Assembly (NCBI GenBank): GCA_030390025.1 | Contig: CM059432.1 | Location: 3,100,001 to 3,164,000, forward strand | DNA from: Squalus acanthias | Taxonomy: Eukaryota | Length of the DNA stretch: 64,000 nt | Direction of reading: 5' to 3' | Shown: one piece after another, positions 61,051-64,000 of the stretch | How positions within the stretch are numbered: the stretch's first letter is position 1 | How the letters are laid out: the number at the start of each line of letters is the position of its first letter | Notes under the pieces: generated by a model | Seen by the model: the letters and a program-made list of their open reading frames with translations, nothing else | Told to the model about the DNA's origin: nothing | The model's database searches: none | Made by a program: the position numbers and the translations under genes

Positions 61051-61424
61051 ACGTGGTGTGCAGACAGGGTTTCCAATCCTGATCACTATTAACGGTTGAT
61101 GGCGAGGTGAGGAGACGGTCGTGTTAGTCAGTGATGTCCTCTATGGAGGATAATCTGCCGAATCTCACTGTCACGGCTGAATAATGACAGTCTGCAAACC
61201 CCCACAGTGTGTGTCCGTCCCAGCATTGGTTTGCAACAACTAAAGGGACAAACATTAGAAATGTTGCACGTTTTAGTGAGCATTCAGTAAGATTACAAAA
61301 AGCACCGTGAAGGTCCCCAGCACTTGGTAAGACCCGGTCTAGTGTGTACATGGTGATAGGTGTAGTTAACGGGAGGGAGGGGAGTGTGCGTGGGATGGTG
61401 CGGGGATGGTGTGAGGGAGGGGAA

Positions 61425-62705
61425 GGGTGCGGGGAGGGGGAGGGGGGTAGTCATGGGAATGTGTGCGGGAAGGGTGCGGGGGAGGGGGAAGTCATGGGAA
61501 TGTGTGCGGGGAGGGTGCGGGGGAGGGGGGTAGTCGCGGGAATGTGTGCGGGGAGGGTGCGGGGGAGGGGGAAGTCGCGGGAATGGGTGCGGGGAGGGGG
61601 AGGGGGTAGTCACGGGAATGTGTGCGGGGAGGATGCGGGGGAGGGGGAAGTCACGGGAATGTGTGCGGGGAGGGTGCGGGGGAGGGGGAAGTCGCGGGAA
61701 TGGGTGCGGGGAGGGGGAGGGGGTAGTCACGGGAATGTGTGCGGGGAGGGGGAGGGGGTAGTCACGGGAATGTGTGCGGGGAGGGTGCGGGGGAGGGGGT
61801 AGTCACGGGAATGTGTGCGGGGAGGGGGAGGGGGTAGTCACGGGAATGTGTGCGGGGAGGGTGCGGGGGAGGGGGTAGTCACGGGAATGTGTGCGGGGAG
61901 GGTGCGGGGGAGGGGGTAGTCACGGGAATGTGTGCGGGGAGGGTGCGGGGGAGGGGGGTAGTCACGGGAATGTGTGCGGGGAGGGTGCGGGGGAGGGGGT
62001 AGTCACGTGAATGTGTGCGGGGAGGGTGCGGGGGAGGGGGTAGTCACGGGAATGTGTGCGGGGAGGGGGTAGTCACGTGAATGTGTGCGGGGAGGGTGCG
62101 GGGGAGGGGGGGTAGTCACGGGAATGTGTGCGGGGAGGGTGCGGGGGAGGGGGTAGTCACGGGAATGTGTGCGGGGAGGGGGTAGTCACGTGAATGTGTG
62201 CGGGGAGGGTGCGGGGGAGGGGGTAGTCACGGGAATGTGTGCGGGGAGGGTGCGGGGGAGGGGGTAGTCACGGGAATGGGTGCGGGGAGGGGTGCAGGGG
62301 AGGGGTAGTCACGGGAATGGGTGCGGGGAGGGGTAGTCACGGGAATGGGTGCGGGGAGGGGTGCAGGGGAGGGGTAGTCACGGGAATGTGTGCGGGGATG
62401 GGTGTGGGGGAGGGGCAGTCACGGGAATGTGTGCGGGGATGGGTGTGGGGGAGGGGTAGTCACGGGAATGGGTGCGGGGATGGGTGTGGGGGAGGGGTAG
62501 TCACGGGGTTGGGTGCGGGCGAGGCGGGCGGGTGCGGGGGTGATCGGCGGCGGGCGGGTGCGGGGGTGATCGGTGGCGGGCGGGTGCGGGGGTGATCGGT
62601 GGCGGGCGGGTGTGATCGGTGGCGGGTGGGTGCGGGGGTGATCGGTGGCGGGCGGGTGCGGGGGTGATCAGTGGCGGGTGGGTGCGGGGGTTATCGGTGG
62701 CGGGC
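61425..62705. repeat. G-rich compound minisatellite (41-bp unit family, then a 26-bp unit)
   Basis: gtgcgggggagggggtagtcacgggaatgtgtgcggggagg (41 bp, with shorter variants) to ~62510, then ggtgcgggggtgatcggtggcgggcg (26 bp) to ~62705. Confidence 0.95.
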
Positions 62706-63834
62706 GAGGAATCCGGCAAGTGCGGGGGATGGGACCCTGTGGGCGGGGCCTCATTCGGATAAATCAGTGCAGAATCCCGCTCGACTCTCGGCCGGATTGA
62801 CTGCCTGGCCGGCGGACGGGGAACAAGAATTTAGCGGCCGGAGGGACGGGGGGGGGGGGCGGGGTGTGCACCTCGGGGACAGTCCTTGGCCGTCAGTGGG
62901 TGGATAGGCGGTGGAGTCTGGGGGCGTGATCAGGAAGGCGGGGAGGGTGGGGGTGAAAGGTCATCATGATGACGCGACTTTTTGCATCTTAAGTGGGCCC
63001 CACCCCGCCTGATTTTAGCGGGAGCCTCATCCAGGGCCTGAATTATCAGCGTACCTGTTACAGTGGCTCGGAATGGGGTTGGGCTGCTCGATCCCGATAA
63101 TTTAACCTCTCACCCCCACCCCCGCCTCTGTCTCGCCCATTGTGGGAGGGAGGGTTAAAATCGAGGCCATTAGGTATACTATCGGATCTAACGGTCATTC
63201 AGTTTGAGAAGCAACCTGATGCGGCTGAGCTCTCGACAGTTTGTACTCCAAGTGGTATCTGTTTTATTTAGAACAAAACATTTGTGGATTTTTAGCCAGA
63301 TGGAGTTGTTTCAATCATTGCCTGTAATCCTGGGGAATGGGGCAGCTTCAGATAATGGGGCGTTCTCCATCAAATTGCTGTCAATCATTCTCTTGCCGCA
63401 TGCTCCTGGGAGACTCGGGGTTATTTATTGTCTACTGACAGGATCAGCCCCTGGGGGGGACATTTGACCAGTGGCAAAATAAGACACACAGTAGCACGCC
63501 AGAGTGTGAATGCTAAACTTCTCAATCTCACGCGTAGAAAAAAGTCACTGGGCGTCCTCTTGCTCCGGCCTTTCCGTCTTAATGGCAAGAGTCAGCAAGT
63601 GTTCGAGATTAGAAAACCGAATGCCAACTGTCCAGTTACAGGCTACATGACAAGAGAGCTGACAAATTAGTGGGCCTACTTGGTTATCAAAAACCTATCG
63701 ATCTGTGATTCAATAATTTTAAATCCGAGGTCGATAAGATTTTTGCTAGCCAACTGCGTAAGGTTAGTGAGTGAGTGAGCAAGAAGGTGGCAGGTGGGAT
63801 ATAATGTGGGGAAATGTAAGGTTATTCACTTTGA

Positions 63835-64000
63835 AAAGAAAGAAAGACTTGCGTTTATACAGCGCCTTTCACGACCACCGGATGTCTCAAAGCGCTTCAC
63901 GGCCAATGAAGTACTTTTTGAAGTGGAGTCACTGTTGTAATGTGGGAAACGCGGCAGCCAATTTGCGCACAGCAAGCTCCCACAAACAGCAATGTGATAA
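63835..64000 (-). mobile_element. Deu-SINE 3' tail, cut by the window edge
   Basis: Antisense tail matching the other copies. Confidence 0.8.

Noticed and set aside
61293..62719. Gly/Cys- and Pro/His-rich ORFs
   Set aside because: Artefacts of the G-rich tandem repeat.

Overview
Eukaryotic, repeat-dense vertebrate DNA. The repeat content (CR1 LINEs, L2 3' ends, Deu-domain tRNA-SINEs, Penelope-like elements) points to a cartilaginous fish, probably a shark (inference). The only host coding sequence I can support is the first coding exon of a CHST9-like sulfotransferase on the minus strand (exon 24285-24085, CDS 24244-24085). A plausible promoter and non-coding first exon lie near 44.2-44.7 kb, so most of the window is intron or upstream flank. 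Most other ORFs in the track are TE fragments, antisense frames or tandem-repeat artefacts. Notable structure: (1) four short fold-back Penelope-derived insertions with TSDs, a one-sided ~30-nt tail and minimal hammerhead-ribozyme motifs, one nested in the GIY-YIG region of a second hammerhead-bearing Penelope family; (2) a SINE-bounded ~2-kb tandem triplication with a possible 57-nt symmetric exon; (3) several local inverted duplications; (4) a Harbinger transposase fossil split into four pieces, plus 3-bp-TSD and 8-bp-TSD MITE families; (5) an RTE LINE with ~1.5 kb of open ORF; (6) two G-rich minisatellites. Family names come from motif recognition, not database searches, and TE boundaries are approximate unless TSDs are given.
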